Shown piece after piece: positions 27,354 to 38,482 of a DNA stretch of 64,000 bases. Source of the stretch: Candidatus Dormiibacterota bacterium (GTDB taxonomy: Bacteria; Chloroflexota; Dormibacteria; CF-121); assembly GCA_035279665.1 (NCBI GenBank), contig DATEHI010000011.1:1157-65156 (forward strand). The letters are read 5' to 3'. The notes under the pieces are model-generated. The model did no database searches, was not told the origin of the DNA, and saw only the letters and a program-made list of their open reading frames with translations. Positions within the stretch are counted from its first letter, which is position 1. Each line of letters opens with the position of its first letter. The translations under genes were made by a program, and so were the position numbers.

Positions 27354-27899
27354 TCAACGACGCATCGGCGCGGCCCAGAGCGGCACACCGGCCCAGGCCA
27401 GCCCGAGTAGCGTTTTCGCGTCCTGCAACTCGCCGCTCTCGCGCAGCACCTGCAGGTCGTGCGAATCGAAGGGATTGATCTTGAACGACTCATCGAGCTC
27501 GGGATGGGACTCCGTCGGTGAAAGGTCTTCGGCGAGAAAGAACGTCATTCGCTCATCGCAGTATCCCGGCATCAGGTAGGCCGTGCCGAGCACCGTCCAA
27601 CGCTCGGCCTTGAAACCGGCTTCCTCCGCAAGCTCCCGTCTCGCCGCCGCCGGGATGTCCTCACCCGGCTTGTCGAGGGTGCCCGCCGGAATCTCCCATA
27701 ACTCGCGGCCGGCTACGTAGCGGAACTGGCGAACCAGAACGATGCGGCCGTCAGCCGCCCGCGGGATGATGCCGACCGAGCCGGGGTGCCGCACGATTTC
27801 CCGGTCGGTCAGCTGGCCGCCAGGCAATCGGACCCGGTCGCGGTAGACCTGGAAGAGCTTGCCGGCATAAACTTCCTGACTTTCGACCCGTTCCTCCAT
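27354..27899 (-). CDS. NUDIX hydrolase, ADP-ribose pyrophosphatase-like
   Basis: The Nudix box is GTLDKPGEDIPAAARRELAEEAGF. The start is taken at MEERVESQEV, and the longer ORF extends to 28106. Confidence 0.8.
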   Translation of the reverse strand: MEERVESQEVYAGKLFQVYRDRVRLPGGQLTDREIVRHPGSVGIIPRAADGRIVLVRQFRYVAGRELWEIPAGTLDKPGEDIPAAARRELAEEAGFKAERWTVLGTAYLMPGYCDERMTFFLAEDLSPTESHPELDESFKINPFDSHDLQVLRESGELQDAKTLLGLAWAGVPLWAAPMRR

Positions 27900-27926
27900 A
27901 CCGGGATTATCATGGCTGCTTAGGTC

Positions 27927-28274
27927 ATGATCGAGCGCACCGTTCTCGAGATCGCCCAGCATCGTTTCTGGTCCTGGCAGCGCCGCCACGCCCCGACACC
28001 GCGCAGCCAACTTCGCGAAACGGATCAGCTGCTCGGTGCCATCGAGGAATGCCGCGTCCAGGAGCTGAAATTGATCCCGACCCACATCTGGCGGCGCATC
28101 GTCCATCTGCTGGGCCAGCTGGACGGCGGCTATACGGAAAGGCTCGGTATCGACCGCTCGCCCGACCGGACCGCGGAAGTGCTGTTCGAGGCCCAGGAGG
28201 CGCTCATGGTGGCTTCACAAAGCCGCTGGCGGGGCCGGCCGGGCAATGTGGTCCCGCTGTTCAGGCGTCCTTAG
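27927..28274 (+). CDS. hypothetical protein
   Basis: 115-aa ORF with no recognisable motif. Confidence 0.3.
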   Translation: MIERTVLEIAQHRFWSWQRRHAPTPRSQLRETDQLLGAIEECRVQELKLIPTHIWRRIVHLLGQLDGGYTERLGIDRSPDRTAEVLFEAQEALMVASQSRWRGRPGNVVPLFRRP

Positions 28275-28326
28275 CGCCTACGAACATATGTTTGCTTTTC
28301 GGGGAAGTTTCTGCTAGCCTGCTCCC

Positions 28327-28788
28327 ATGGGCGAGATGGCAACACTGGTCGAAGGCACCCCCGGAAGCCGCCCGGTAGCCGACGTGACGACCGTCCCGCT
28401 CCTTCGCCGAGTGGTGGAGAGCCTGGCGACGATGCGCCCCGGCCGCTACACGGTGTACCTCGGTCGGCCTGACCCGGCGGCGGTCCGCGCCGAATGGGAC
28501 CAGGAGGTGGCGCTGCTGCGGAGTGCACGGCGCGCGGTCGTGACCACGCCGGACACGACGCCCCTTCCCCAGGAGGCCGACCGTCGCGATCCCGGCTTCG
28601 GCTGGCTGGCCCACATTTGGTTCAGCGCCGTCTTGGGAGACGACACGGCGATGGCCGTGATCTGCCGGCCGGACGCCGCCCATCCCGAGGAAGCATGGCT
28701 GCTCACCGATCCGACCGCGGTGCGCCGGTTCGTCGCCGCCGTCGAGGGTGAGCTAGCTCGACCCGACCCGCAGCTGCTCGCGGTGTAA
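28327..28788 (+). CDS. hypothetical protein
   Basis: 153-aa ORF with a plausible composition and no recognisable domain. Confidence 0.4.
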   Translation: MGEMATLVEGTPGSRPVADVTTVPLLRRVVESLATMRPGRYTVYLGRPDPAAVRAEWDQEVALLRSARRAVVTTPDTTPLPQEADRRDPGFGWLAHIWFSAVLGDDTAMAVICRPDAAHPEEAWLLTDPTAVRRFVAAVEGELARPDPQLLAV

Positions 28789-28811
28789 GACCTCCGTAGA
28801 ATTGGGGCCGC

Positions 28812-29744
28812 GTGACGACCCCCAGCAAGCCCTGGCCCGTGCTCGTCGCCGGCACCATCACCCGCGACGATGTCCGCACGCCAATGGGCGTCAACACGGA
28901 CGGCCTCGGTGGATCAGCCACCTACTTCACGCTGGCAGCGCGCCTGTTTGCTCCGGTGTCGGTCGTCGGGACGGCCGGCCCGGACTTCATGCCCGCCTTC
29001 CAGGCCGCCATGAAAGGCACCGGTGCTGACCTCCGGAGCACGGTGGGCTCCGAGCTCCCCACCTATCGCTGGTTTGCCGAGCACGACTACGAGACCGGTA
29101 CCACGCGCAATGAGCGCTCCGACCAGGGCGCCTACCGCGGGTTCACTCCGGTCCTCACCGCCGACCAGCGCAAGGCCAAGATCGTTTTCCTCGGCAGCAT
29201 GGAGCCGCGTCATCAGATGCGGGTCCTCGAGCAGCTCGAGGATCCGTGGCTGGTCGCGGGCGACACGATGAAGCTCTACATTCGCGAGCAGCCGGGAGGG
29301 CTCGAACCGGTCCTCGAGCGGCTCGATTACCTCTTCCTCAACGCCTCGGAGGCGATGGCGCTGGCGAAGGTCGAAACCATCGAGGAAGCCTCAGAGCAGC
29401 TGCGCCATCGCTTCACCTTGCGCGGGCTCGTCATCAAGGAGGGGCCGAAGGGGGCCACGCTCTACCGTCACGGCGAGGACATTCACCTCCCCGCCCTACC
29501 GGTCGATCCGCCCGTTGACCCGACCGGCGCGGGCGACGCGGTGGCCGCTGGGTTCCTCGGATGCCTCGCCGAGCAGCAGGTGGAGACCGAGGACTCGGTG
29601 CGCCTGGCACTCGCATACGCCATGGTCATGGCGTCCTTCACCATCCAGCATTTCAGCGTGCGCGGCTTGCAACCCATTACCCGTGAGGACGTCGAGGCGC
29701 GGATGGCATCGATGGCGTGGCTTCCCTCGACCAGCAAGCGATGA
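28812..29744 (+). CDS. PfkB-family carbohydrate/nucleoside kinase
   Basis: The ribokinase-like fold has the C-terminal DPTGAGDAVAAGFL anion-hole motif. Confidence 0.8.
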   Translation: MTTPSKPWPVLVAGTITRDDVRTPMGVNTDGLGGSATYFTLAARLFAPVSVVGTAGPDFMPAFQAAMKGTGADLRSTVGSELPTYRWFAEHDYETGTTRNERSDQGAYRGFTPVLTADQRKAKIVFLGSMEPRHQMRVLEQLEDPWLVAGDTMKLYIREQPGGLEPVLERLDYLFLNASEAMALAKVETIEEASEQLRHRFTLRGLVIKEGPKGATLYRHGEDIHLPALPVDPPVDPTGAGDAVAAGFLGCLAEQQVETEDSVRLALAYAMVMASFTIQHFSVRGLQPITREDVEARMASMAWLPSTSKR

Positions 29745-30310
29745 GCTGGCAGGCTGGGGACCTGACCATCGAGGTCCTGCAGGGCGACCTAACGCAGCAG
29801 GATGTCGACGCCATCGTCAATGCAGCCAATAACGACCTGGAGCTTGGTGCCGGCGTTGCCGGCGCCATTGCCCGTGCCGGTGGCCCGACGATCCAGGCTG
29901 AGTGCCGGGCGATCGGCCGCATCGCGGTCGGCGATGCCGCCATCACCGGCGGGGGCAACCTGCAAGCCCGTAACGTCATTCACGCGGCGAGCATGGGGCT
30001 GGGCGGCGGCCGCACCACTGCTGAGAGCTTGCGCACCGCGACGCGGCGCAGCCTGGAGATCGCCAACGCGAGAGGACTGCGATCGGTCGCGTTTCCTGCC
30101 GTCGGCACCGGGGTCGCACACTTCCCCATGGACGAGTGCGCCCGGATCATGCTCGAAGAGGTCGCGGCGCACGGCCAGGGCACGACGTCCGTGACGCAGG
30201 TCCGATTCGTGCTCTTCGGTTCCGAGGCCGAAGCCGTGTTCTGTCGGGAGGCGGATCGTCAACTAAGCGCTGAAAAGACCCGGGAAGAAGATCGAGGCAA
30301 GAAACGCTAG
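29741..30310 (+). CDS. macro-domain protein (O-acetyl-ADP-ribose deacetylase / ADP-ribose binding)
   Basis: The protein has VNAANNDLELGAGVAGAIARAGG and GNLQARNVIHAA macro-domain motifs. Its ATG overlaps the kinase stop. Confidence 0.8.
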   Translation: MSWQAGDLTIEVLQGDLTQQDVDAIVNAANNDLELGAGVAGAIARAGGPTIQAECRAIGRIAVGDAAITGGGNLQARNVIHAASMGLGGGRTTAESLRTATRRSLEIANARGLRSVAFPAVGTGVAHFPMDECARIMLEEVAAHGQGTTSVTQVRFVLFGSEAEAVFCREADRQLSAEKTREEDRGKKR

Positions 30311-31567
30311 CGTTACGAATGACAGAAAGACGAAGACGATCCCACTGAAGACGTTGAACAGTGGCGTATTCGCGTAGCGGCCCATGACGCGCTTGTCGTT
30401 CGCCAGCAACATCAGGATGGGTAAGAGCAACGGCAGCATCAGGCCGTTGACGATGTTCGGAAGGTTCGTGATCAGTGCGAGGGGAGCGCCCGGGAACATC
30501 GCGATCGCGGCCCCCAACACGATCATCGTGGTGTAGATCGTCAAGAAAGCAGGGGCCTCCCTGAATGACTTGTCGATGCCGCGCTCCCAGCCAAACGCCT
30601 CCGTGATGGCGTACGTGGTCGAGAGGGGAAGCACGGACGCCGCCATGAGCGAGGCATTGAGCAGCCCTATTGCGAAGAGTTGCTCCGCGTACTGGCCGGC
30701 CAGTGGCTTGAGTGCCAGGGCGATCTTGGCGAAGGCTGAAGGGTCGGCCGGGTCGACCGGAACGTGGTGGACAAAAACCGTGGCACCCGTCGCCACGATG
30801 ATGAAGAAGGCCACCACATTCAACGCGAGAATCCCGGTGTAGGTATCGATGCGTTCGAATCGAAGTTGGTTCGGATGGAGGCCCTTATCGGCCACATTCG
30901 ACTGCTGAAAGAAGGCCATCCAGGGCGTGATCGTTGTGCCGACGATCGTGATGAAGATCAAGAGGTAGGGTGCCGTGAAGTGAAACGTCGGCACGACGGT
31001 GTGGTGGATCACTTCATTCCATTTCGGATGAGCCAGGAAAGCCGACACGATGTATGAGACGAAGACGAGGCTGAGAATCAGCAACAGTCGTTCGACCAGA
31101 CGAAACGAGCCGCGTAGGACGAGGAACCATACGAACACCGCGGCCAGCGGGATCGCGATGTAGCGGGCGACGTCACCGAACAGGAGTTGCGAGGCGCCGG
31201 CGATGCCAGCGAACTCGGCCACGGTCGTGGCGGCGTTGGCGATGAAGAGCAGCAGCATGACCCAGACCGTCGGCGCCACCCCGAACCGTTCGCGAATCAT
31301 GTCGGAGAGTCCCTTGCCGGTGACCGTTCCCATCCGAGCGACCATTTCCTGGATGGCGACGAGGCAAATCGCGGTGACGATCAGCAGCCACAACAGGTCA
31401 TAGCCAAACTGCGACCCGGCGAGCGCATATCCCGTGACTCCTGTGGCGTCGTTGTCGACCGTACCGGTGATGATTCCCGGCCCCGCCACCGAAAGCAGCA
31501 TGAGGAGCCGAACCCGCCGGCTCCGCAGTGCTCCGAGCGACCGCTGCAGCGCCTTAGGCTGCGCCAA
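30263..31567 (-). CDS. mntH: NRAMP-family divalent metal (Mn2+/Fe2+) transporter
   Basis: The protein has 11-12 TM helices and the NRAMP motifs GPGIITGTVDNDATG and MGTVTGKGLSD. Confidence 0.85.
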   Translation of the reverse strand: MAQPKALQRSLGALRSRRVRLLMLLSVAGPGIITGTVDNDATGVTGYALAGSQFGYDLLWLLIVTAICLVAIQEMVARMGTVTGKGLSDMIRERFGVAPTVWVMLLLFIANAATTVAEFAGIAGASQLLFGDVARYIAIPLAAVFVWFLVLRGSFRLVERLLLILSLVFVSYIVSAFLAHPKWNEVIHHTVVPTFHFTAPYLLIFITIVGTTITPWMAFFQQSNVADKGLHPNQLRFERIDTYTGILALNVVAFFIIVATGATVFVHHVPVDPADPSAFAKIALALKPLAGQYAEQLFAIGLLNASLMAASVLPLSTTYAITEAFGWERGIDKSFREAPAFLTIYTTMIVLGAAIAMFPGAPLALITNLPNIVNGLMLPLLLPILMLLANDKRVMGRYANTPLFNVFSGIVFVFLSFVTLAFLASIFFPGLFSA

Positions 31568-31573
31568 GGTCCT

Positions 31574-32827
31574 CTAGAAGATCCGTCGGCGGCGTCCGCC
31601 GGCCCGCGCCGGCATGACCCGCTCCATGACGTCATCGACCGTCACGATGCCGTGGATCCGGTTGTGTTCGTCGACCACTGGCACCGCCAGGAGGTTGTAC
31701 TTCGAGGTCACCTCGGCGACCTCGCGTGGCCCGGCGTCGAGGCGAACGGAAATTACATTCTTGATCATGAAGTCGCGGATCTTGGTCTCGGGCTTGGCCA
31801 CGATCAGATCGCGCAGGGAGAGGACGCCGAGCAGGTGCTCCTCCTCGTCGACGACGTATACGTAGTACACGCTCTCGGCGTCCGGCTCGAGCTCGCGCAA
31901 GCGCTCGATCGCCTCGGCGGCGGTCAGTGTATGGAGCACAGCGACGTACTCGGTGGTCATCAGGCCACCGGCCGTGTCCTCACGATAAGCGAGCAGCTCC
32001 TCAACGTCGCCCGCCTCGTCTTCTTCCATTTTCTGCAGCAACTGTTGAGCCCGCTCGCGCGGCATATCGGCGAGCAGGTCCGCCACCTCGTCGGGGGCCA
32101 TCGCCTCGAGGATGTCCGAGGCACGCTCGACGTCCAGACGCTCCAGGATTGAGGCTTGCATCTGCGGCTCGTCGATCTCCTCCAGGGTATCGGCGGCCTT
32201 CTCATCATCGAGGGCGGCGAAGACTGCGTTGCGATCGTCTGGGCTGAGCTCGTTGACGATATCCGCGATGTCAGCAGGGTGCAGCTTGGCGAGCTTGGTG
32301 TGGGCGATCCGAAGCTTTACCGAGCTAATGTCGGTCTTGACCGGGTCGACCGCCTCCCAGGAGATCAGCTTTTGTGGCCAATCCAGGCCAATAGCGGCGG
32401 TAATTCGGCGCCCCAGCCCCTCGAGCCCGACGCGTCGCGCCAGACCGCGGCTGCCGATATCGACACCGATGACGAGCATCGACCCTTCGACCTGGGAGAG
32501 CTGGAGGTCATTCACCCGCACCACCCGGCGACCGTCCATGTCGACAATCTGCTTATCGAGGATCTGCCGCGCAAGCCAGAGCTCGGTATCGGCGCGGTTG
32601 TGGGGCTGCAAGCTGGCGGCATCCACCTTCAGGCTGAGCTCTTTGTTGTCCCAGCTGCGAACCACCGACCAATCGAGTGAGCGAACCTTTCGGCTCTTCT
32701 TCAGGATCACGCCGGTGACCTTGGGAAAGGGCTCGGTCATCACGACGACGAGGTCTCGGACCCGCCCGACGCGATGCTGTCGAACGTCGACAACCTCAGC
32801 GTTGAGGAAATCGCTGAGGAAGATCAA
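31574..32827 (-). CDS. mgtE: magnesium transporter MgtE
   Basis: The protein has an MgtE N-domain, tandem CBS domains and a C-terminal 5-TM pore region. Confidence 0.85.
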   Translation of the reverse strand: MIFLSDFLNAEVVDVRQHRVGRVRDLVVVMTEPFPKVTGVILKKSRKVRSLDWSVVRSWDNKELSLKVDAASLQPHNRADTELWLARQILDKQIVDMDGRRVVRVNDLQLSQVEGSMLVIGVDIGSRGLARRVGLEGLGRRITAAIGLDWPQKLISWEAVDPVKTDISSVKLRIAHTKLAKLHPADIADIVNELSPDDRNAVFAALDDEKAADTLEEIDEPQMQASILERLDVERASDILEAMAPDEVADLLADMPRERAQQLLQKMEEDEAGDVEELLAYREDTAGGLMTTEYVAVLHTLTAAEAIERLRELEPDAESVYYVYVVDEEEHLLGVLSLRDLIVAKPETKIRDFMIKNVISVRLDAGPREVAEVTSKYNLLAVPVVDEHNRIHGIVTVDDVMERVMPARAGGRRRRIF

Positions 32828-32830
32828 ACG

Positions 32831-34071
<1,241 letters not shown>

Positions 34072-34078
<7 letters not shown>

Positions 34079-35076
34079 TCTCGCGGCCTTTCCACACCGG
34101 GGCCGCTCATTTCTCGCGGCCTTTCCACACCGGGGCCGCTGAGTTCGGCGATCCCTCCACCACCCCAGCGCAGACAGGCGGCAGCCCAGGTCGGGCCACT
34201 GCCGCAGGCGAGCAGGAGCGCCGCCATGCCGTTTTGCAGCTGGCCTGCTTGGACCGCGTCGTGCAGCGCGGTTAACGGCGCGGCTGCCCGCAACGATCCA
34301 TAGCGCCTTGGGTCGAGCAGCATGCGGCTCGATGAGACCCCGGCTTGCTTACTCCAGGCCTGCATGATCTCGGGCGCCGACTGCTCGCCGATCACCAGGT
34401 CGATCTCCGACATAGCCACGTTCGCCTTCTGCAGGCATTCGGCCGCCGCCTCCGTCAGCCCACGCAGCAGGGTGTGATCGTGGGCGTCGCCACTCACGTC
34501 GGTCCGTGCTTCGCCACCGGCCATCGTCGACAGGACCCCGCCGTTATCGCCCGCCTGAGTCAGCACCGCGGCCGCAGCCCCGCGAGTATGAACTCTCCCG
34601 CCCTGTCCGGGCAGGTCGACCAGTTGGTTATCCGACTCTGCCCCGATCAGCAAGACGCCCCGGGCGCCGGCGGCCGTGTAACGGATCCCGACATTGAGCG
34701 CCGCCAGCATGCTCGTCTCCGCCGCGTACAGGTCAAAGCTCCCGACCATCGGGAGTTTCAGCTCCGTCTGCACCAGGCAGGCGGTGGTGGGCCAGAGCAC
34801 ATCCGGTGTACTGGTGCCGACGATGATCATCTCGATGTCGGACGAGTTGACGCCGGCGGCCCGCAACGCGGCGCGCGCGGCGCCCGCCGCCAGCGATGGC
34901 GTGCTCAGGCCCTGGTCGGCCTTGACGCGATAGGCGACGCCCGTCAGATCCGTGCCGGTGACGCGCCGCGCCAGCGGGGCATCGGCCGGAGGGCGATAGA
35001 TACCCAGGCCGGCGATCGCCCCAAGGGCTAATCCGCGGCGTGCCTGGGCAACCGACGGCATCGAGGCGGAAGTCAC
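34072..35076 (-). CDS. FabH (KAS III)-like protein lacking the Cys-His-Asn catalytic triad, with a duplicated 11-aa C-terminal tail
   Basis: The fold aligns with FabH, but AACAGF is replaced by AAETSM, VPHQAN by VIGEQS and GNTSAAS by GSLRAAA. The C-terminus ...ELSGPGVERPREM/SGPGVERPREW comes from a 33-bp DNA tandem duplication. Confidence 0.65.
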
Positions 35077-35271
35077 GCCTCATTTTAAGTCCGGCTTTTG
35101 CGCATGGTTACGTTTGGCACTATTCGAGCCCGTAACCAAGCGCCGCCTTCGGGGATACATCTCCTGCGGGCCATCCCAGGTCTTCGCACTCCCGGTCGCG
35201 GTTCGCTATTGTATAGACCGAATTTGGGCACGTGCCCGTGCCCGCAACTCCAATACCTGCAGGAGGGAAGG

Positions 35272-35517
35272 ATGGCTGAGGCGAATTTCGACAAGTTCCG
35301 CGGCATCATCGCAGAGCAGCTTGGCGTCGACGTCGAGAAGGTGACCCCGGAAGCGTCCTTCACCGATGACCTGTCGGCCGACTCCCTGGACCTGGTCGAG
35401 CTGATCATGGCCTTCGAGGAGGAATACGGCATGGAGATCTCCGACGAGGACGCCCAGAAGCTTCGCACCGTCGGCGAGGCCTGGAATTACGTCAAGGGGA
35501 AGGTGTCCGTCGCCTGA
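35272..35517 (+). CDS. acpP: acyl carrier protein
   Basis: An RBS aggaggg precedes it. The protein has the DSL phosphopantetheine-attachment motif ([11 protein letters not shown]). Confidence 0.9.
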   Translation: MAEANFDKFRGIIAEQLGVDVEKVTPEASFTDDLSADSLDLVELIMAFEEEYGMEISDEDAQKLRTVGEAWNYVKGKVSVA

Positions 35518-35558
35518 CGAAATACCTCCCGACCGCCGTCCCGTATGGTGCCGGCCCG

Positions 35559-36503
35559 GTGGCCTTCGTTTTCCCGGGGCAGGGTTCGCAATACGTGGGG
35601 ATGGGCAAGGCCCTCTTCGACGTTTCCGAGACCGCGCGCGATGTCTTCCGTCGGGCGGACGAGATCCTTGGCTTCGGGCTGACCCGCATGTGCTTCGAGG
35701 GACCCGAGCAGGACCTCAACGACACCATCAACGCTCAGCCCGCGATCCTCACCGTGAGCATCGCCTGTCTCAATGTGCTACGCGAGCGGTGGCAGGCCCT
35801 GGGTCAGGTAGTCGCCCCACAGTACGTCGCCGGCCATAGCCTGGGCGAGTTCACCGCCCTGGTCGCGGCGGACGTCATCGATTTCGACAGTGCGCTGCTG
35901 CTGGTGCGTGAGCGCGGCCGGTTGATGAAAGAGAACGGCACCGAGCGGCCGGGCGGGATGCTCGCCGTCCTGGGACTCGATCGAGATGTGATCGAAGCTG
36001 TCGTCGCCGAGGCGGGCGCCCTCGGGATCATCACCGTCGCCAACGCCAACTCCCCCGGGCAGATCGTGCTCTCCGGCGAGAGCTCAGCGCTGGATCGCGC
36101 CACCGAACTCGCCCGCGCTCGGGGCGCCACGCGAGTGGTAAGACTGCCGATCAGCATCGCATCGCACTCACCGCTGATGGCCCGGGCCGCCGCCCAGTTT
36201 GGCGAGATCGTCGCCCGGCTGCCGCTCCGTCAGCCGCGGATTCCAGTCGTGGCCAATATCACCGGACAGATCCTGACCAGCGCCGACGACATCCGCAAGG
36301 AGCTTGCCGACCATATCTTGAAGCCGGTCCAGTGGACGGCGTCGGTCGTGGAGATGGTCGCCCGCGGCAGCGCGGAATTCCTCGAGATCGGGCCCGGCCA
36401 GGTGCTCTCCGGGTTGATCCGGCGCATCAGCCAGGACTCCCATGTCGTCACCCTGAACGACCGCGAGGTCGCGCGGGTCCTCACCCCCTCGCCATCGGGA
36501 TGA
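35559..36503 (+). CDS. fabD: malonyl-CoA:ACP transacylase
   Basis: The protein has the AFVFPGQGSQ and GHSLGE motifs. Confidence 0.9.
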   Translation: MAFVFPGQGSQYVGMGKALFDVSETARDVFRRADEILGFGLTRMCFEGPEQDLNDTINAQPAILTVSIACLNVLRERWQALGQVVAPQYVAGHSLGEFTALVAADVIDFDSALLLVRERGRLMKENGTERPGGMLAVLGLDRDVIEAVVAEAGALGIITVANANSPGQIVLSGESSALDRATELARARGATRVVRLPISIASHSPLMARAAAQFGEIVARLPLRQPRIPVVANITGQILTSADDIRKELADHILKPVQWTASVVEMVARGSAEFLEIGPGQVLSGLIRRISQDSHVVTLNDREVARVLTPSPSG

Positions 36504-37735
36504 AACGCGTCGTGGTGACCGGGGTGGGGGCTGTGACGCCCGTCGGTCTCGATGCGCCCAGTACCTGGGCCGCGTTGCTGGAAGGCCAGTCCGGCGTGGG
36601 GAAGATCACCCTCTTCGACGCGAGCGAGTTCCCGGTGCAGATCGCGGGTGAGGTGAAGGGCTTCGACGCGACCGGCCGGATCGAGCCCAAGGAGCTGCGG
36701 CGCATGGACCGCTATGCCCAGCTTGGACTGGTCGCCGCGCAGGAGGCCTTCGCCGACGCCGGGATGACGAAGAACGGCCTGCTCGACGACGTGGGGGTGA
36801 TCTTCGGCAGTGCCGCGGGAGGGCTTGGCGTCTTCCTCGAACAGCAGCGCATCCTCCAGGAACGCGGGCTCAAAAGGGTCAGCCCCACCTTCATTCAGAA
36901 CATGCTGACCGACACGGCTTCCGGGCATATCGCGATCGCGCTTGGCCTGCGTGGCCCGAACATGGCGGTGGTTTCAGCCTGCGCCACCGGTAGCGGCGCC
37001 GTAGGAGAAGCGTTCGAGACCATCCGCCGCGGCGACGCCGACGCGATCATGACGGGGGGCGCCGAAGCGGTCCTCGTTCCCGTCGTGTACGCGGGGTTCT
37101 GCGCGATGCGGGCCCTGGCCCAGCACGAGGATCCCACCCAGGCATCCCGCCCGTTCGACAAGGAACGCAACGGCTTTGTGATCTCGGAGGGTGCGGGGGC
37201 CCTACTACTCGAGGAGCTGGAACACGCCCGCCGGCGCGGCGCGCGCATCTACGCGGAGGTGATCGGCTACGGCTCCAGCAACGATGCCTTCGACATGGCG
37301 GCACCCGCAGAAGGCGAAGGCGCCGTGCTGACCATGCAACGGGCGTTGCGCAAGGCCGAGATCGAGCCCGAGCGGGTCGACTACATCAATGCGCACGGCA
37401 CAGGGACGCCAATGAACGACAAGTTCGAGACCGACGCCATCCATCGCGTCTTCCGGAAGCACGCCGACAAGCTCGCGGTCAGCAGCACCAAGTCCATGAC
37501 CGGCCATATGATGGGCGCCTCGGGCGCAGTCGAGGCGGTGGTGCTGGCGCTGACCATCCGCGACCAGGTGATCGCGCCGACGATCAACCTGCAGACGCCT
37601 GATCCCGAGTGTGACCTCGACTACGTTCCTATGCACGCACGCCGGGCCGATGTCGGCGTTGCGCTGTCGAACTCCTTCGGGCTTGGGGGTCACAACGCGA
37701 GCGTGATCTTCTCGCGCTACGCCTCGCGAAGCTGA
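36500..37735 (+). CDS. fabF: beta-ketoacyl-ACP synthase II
   Basis: The protein is KAS II with the Cys-His-His triad (VSACATGSGAVG, HGTGTPMND, GHMMGASG). Its ATG overlaps the fabD stop. Confidence 0.9.
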   Translation: MKRVVVTGVGAVTPVGLDAPSTWAALLEGQSGVGKITLFDASEFPVQIAGEVKGFDATGRIEPKELRRMDRYAQLGLVAAQEAFADAGMTKNGLLDDVGVIFGSAAGGLGVFLEQQRILQERGLKRVSPTFIQNMLTDTASGHIAIALGLRGPNMAVVSACATGSGAVGEAFETIRRGDADAIMTGGAEAVLVPVVYAGFCAMRALAQHEDPTQASRPFDKERNGFVISEGAGALLLEELEHARRRGARIYAEVIGYGSSNDAFDMAAPAEGEGAVLTMQRALRKAEIEPERVDYINAHGTGTPMNDKFETDAIHRVFRKHADKLAVSSTKSMTGHMMGASGAVEAVVLALTIRDQVIAPTINLQTPDPECDLDYVPMHARRADVGVALSNSFGLGGHNASVIFSRYASRS

Positions 37736-37850
37736 CCCGGCCACATTTTCGCGATTTTTTTGAATACAAATCGAATTCGGGCGTTGTGCTATCATCAGGC
37801 CGATTTTGGGGGCGCCTCGGGGCGTTCAGTAGCCAGCAAAGGAGAGTGTT

Positions 37851-37997
37851 ATGGCCGTTACCGGATATTGCCTGAAGTGCAAGAAGAAGGTCGACATCAA
37901 GGACCCGGTCCACATCACGATGAAGAACGGGAAGCCCGCTACCACGGGAACCTGCCCGACCTGCGGCACGAAGATCTACAAGATCGGCAAAGCATAA
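37851..37997 (+). CDS. small zinc-ribbon protein (DUF5679-like), 48 aa
   Basis: MAVTGYCLKCKKKVDIKDPVHITMKNGKPATTGTCPTCGTKIYKIGKA has CxxC...CxxC. A strong RBS aaaggagag lies upstream and an intrinsic terminator downstream. It is absent from the ORF track because it is under 60 aa. Confidence 0.5.
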   Translation: MAVTGYCLKCKKKVDIKDPVHITMKNGKPATTGTCPTCGTKIYKIGKA

Positions 37998-38018
37998 CCC
38001 AGCGTTAAACGAATTGAA

Positions 38019-38048
38019 CAGCCGGTGATGCGCCGGCTTTTTTCTTTT
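38019..38048 (+). terminator. rho-independent terminator AGCCGGTGATGCGCCGGCTTTTTTCTTTT
   Basis: A 6-bp GC stem with a 7-nt loop is followed by a T-run directly after the small zinc-ribbon ORF. Confidence 0.6.
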
Positions 38049-38475
38049 AGGGCGCTGAGCGGCTGGCCGTCTCCTTGTTGGCCAGCTCCGACTCGATCAG
38101 GTCCAGGAGAACCTCGGTCGCGCTGAGGGCCACATCGACGCCGAGCGTTTTGAAGATCCGGACGTTCGCGGGGTTGTTTACACGGGCGACCGTCTTCGGG
38201 ACGTTGAACTTCCGCTTCGCCAGCTGGCAGGTCACGAGGTTGTCCTCATCGTCGCCGGTCACGGCGACCACGACGTCGGCCCGTTCCATGCCGGTCGTGG
38301 CGAGGAACGACATCTCGTCACCGTCGCCGACCATCACGATCTCACCCAGGGTCGAATTCAGCACCTCGGCCCGGCGGGGGTCCTTCTCGATCAGCGTGAC
38401 CTCGTAGCCGCGCTCGAGCAGGTGCTTGCTCAGGTAGTAGCCGACCTTGCCGCCGCCGACCACGATTACGTACAC
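38047..38475 (-). CDS. TrkA-N (RCK N-terminal) NAD-binding domain protein, K+ transport regulatory subunit-like
   Basis: The protein has a GGGKVG Rossmann motif and is 142 aa. Confidence 0.8.
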   Translation of the reverse strand: MYVIVVGGGKVGYYLSKHLLERGYEVTLIEKDPRRAEVLNSTLGEIVMVGDGDEMSFLATTGMERADVVVAVTGDDEDNLVTCQLAKRKFNVPKTVARVNNPANVRIFKTLGVDVALSATEVLLDLIESELANKETASRSAP

Positions 38476-38482
38476 AGCTGAC

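Noticed and set aside
31187-32152. 321-aa plus-strand ORF
   Set aside because: It is antisense to mntH and mgtE.
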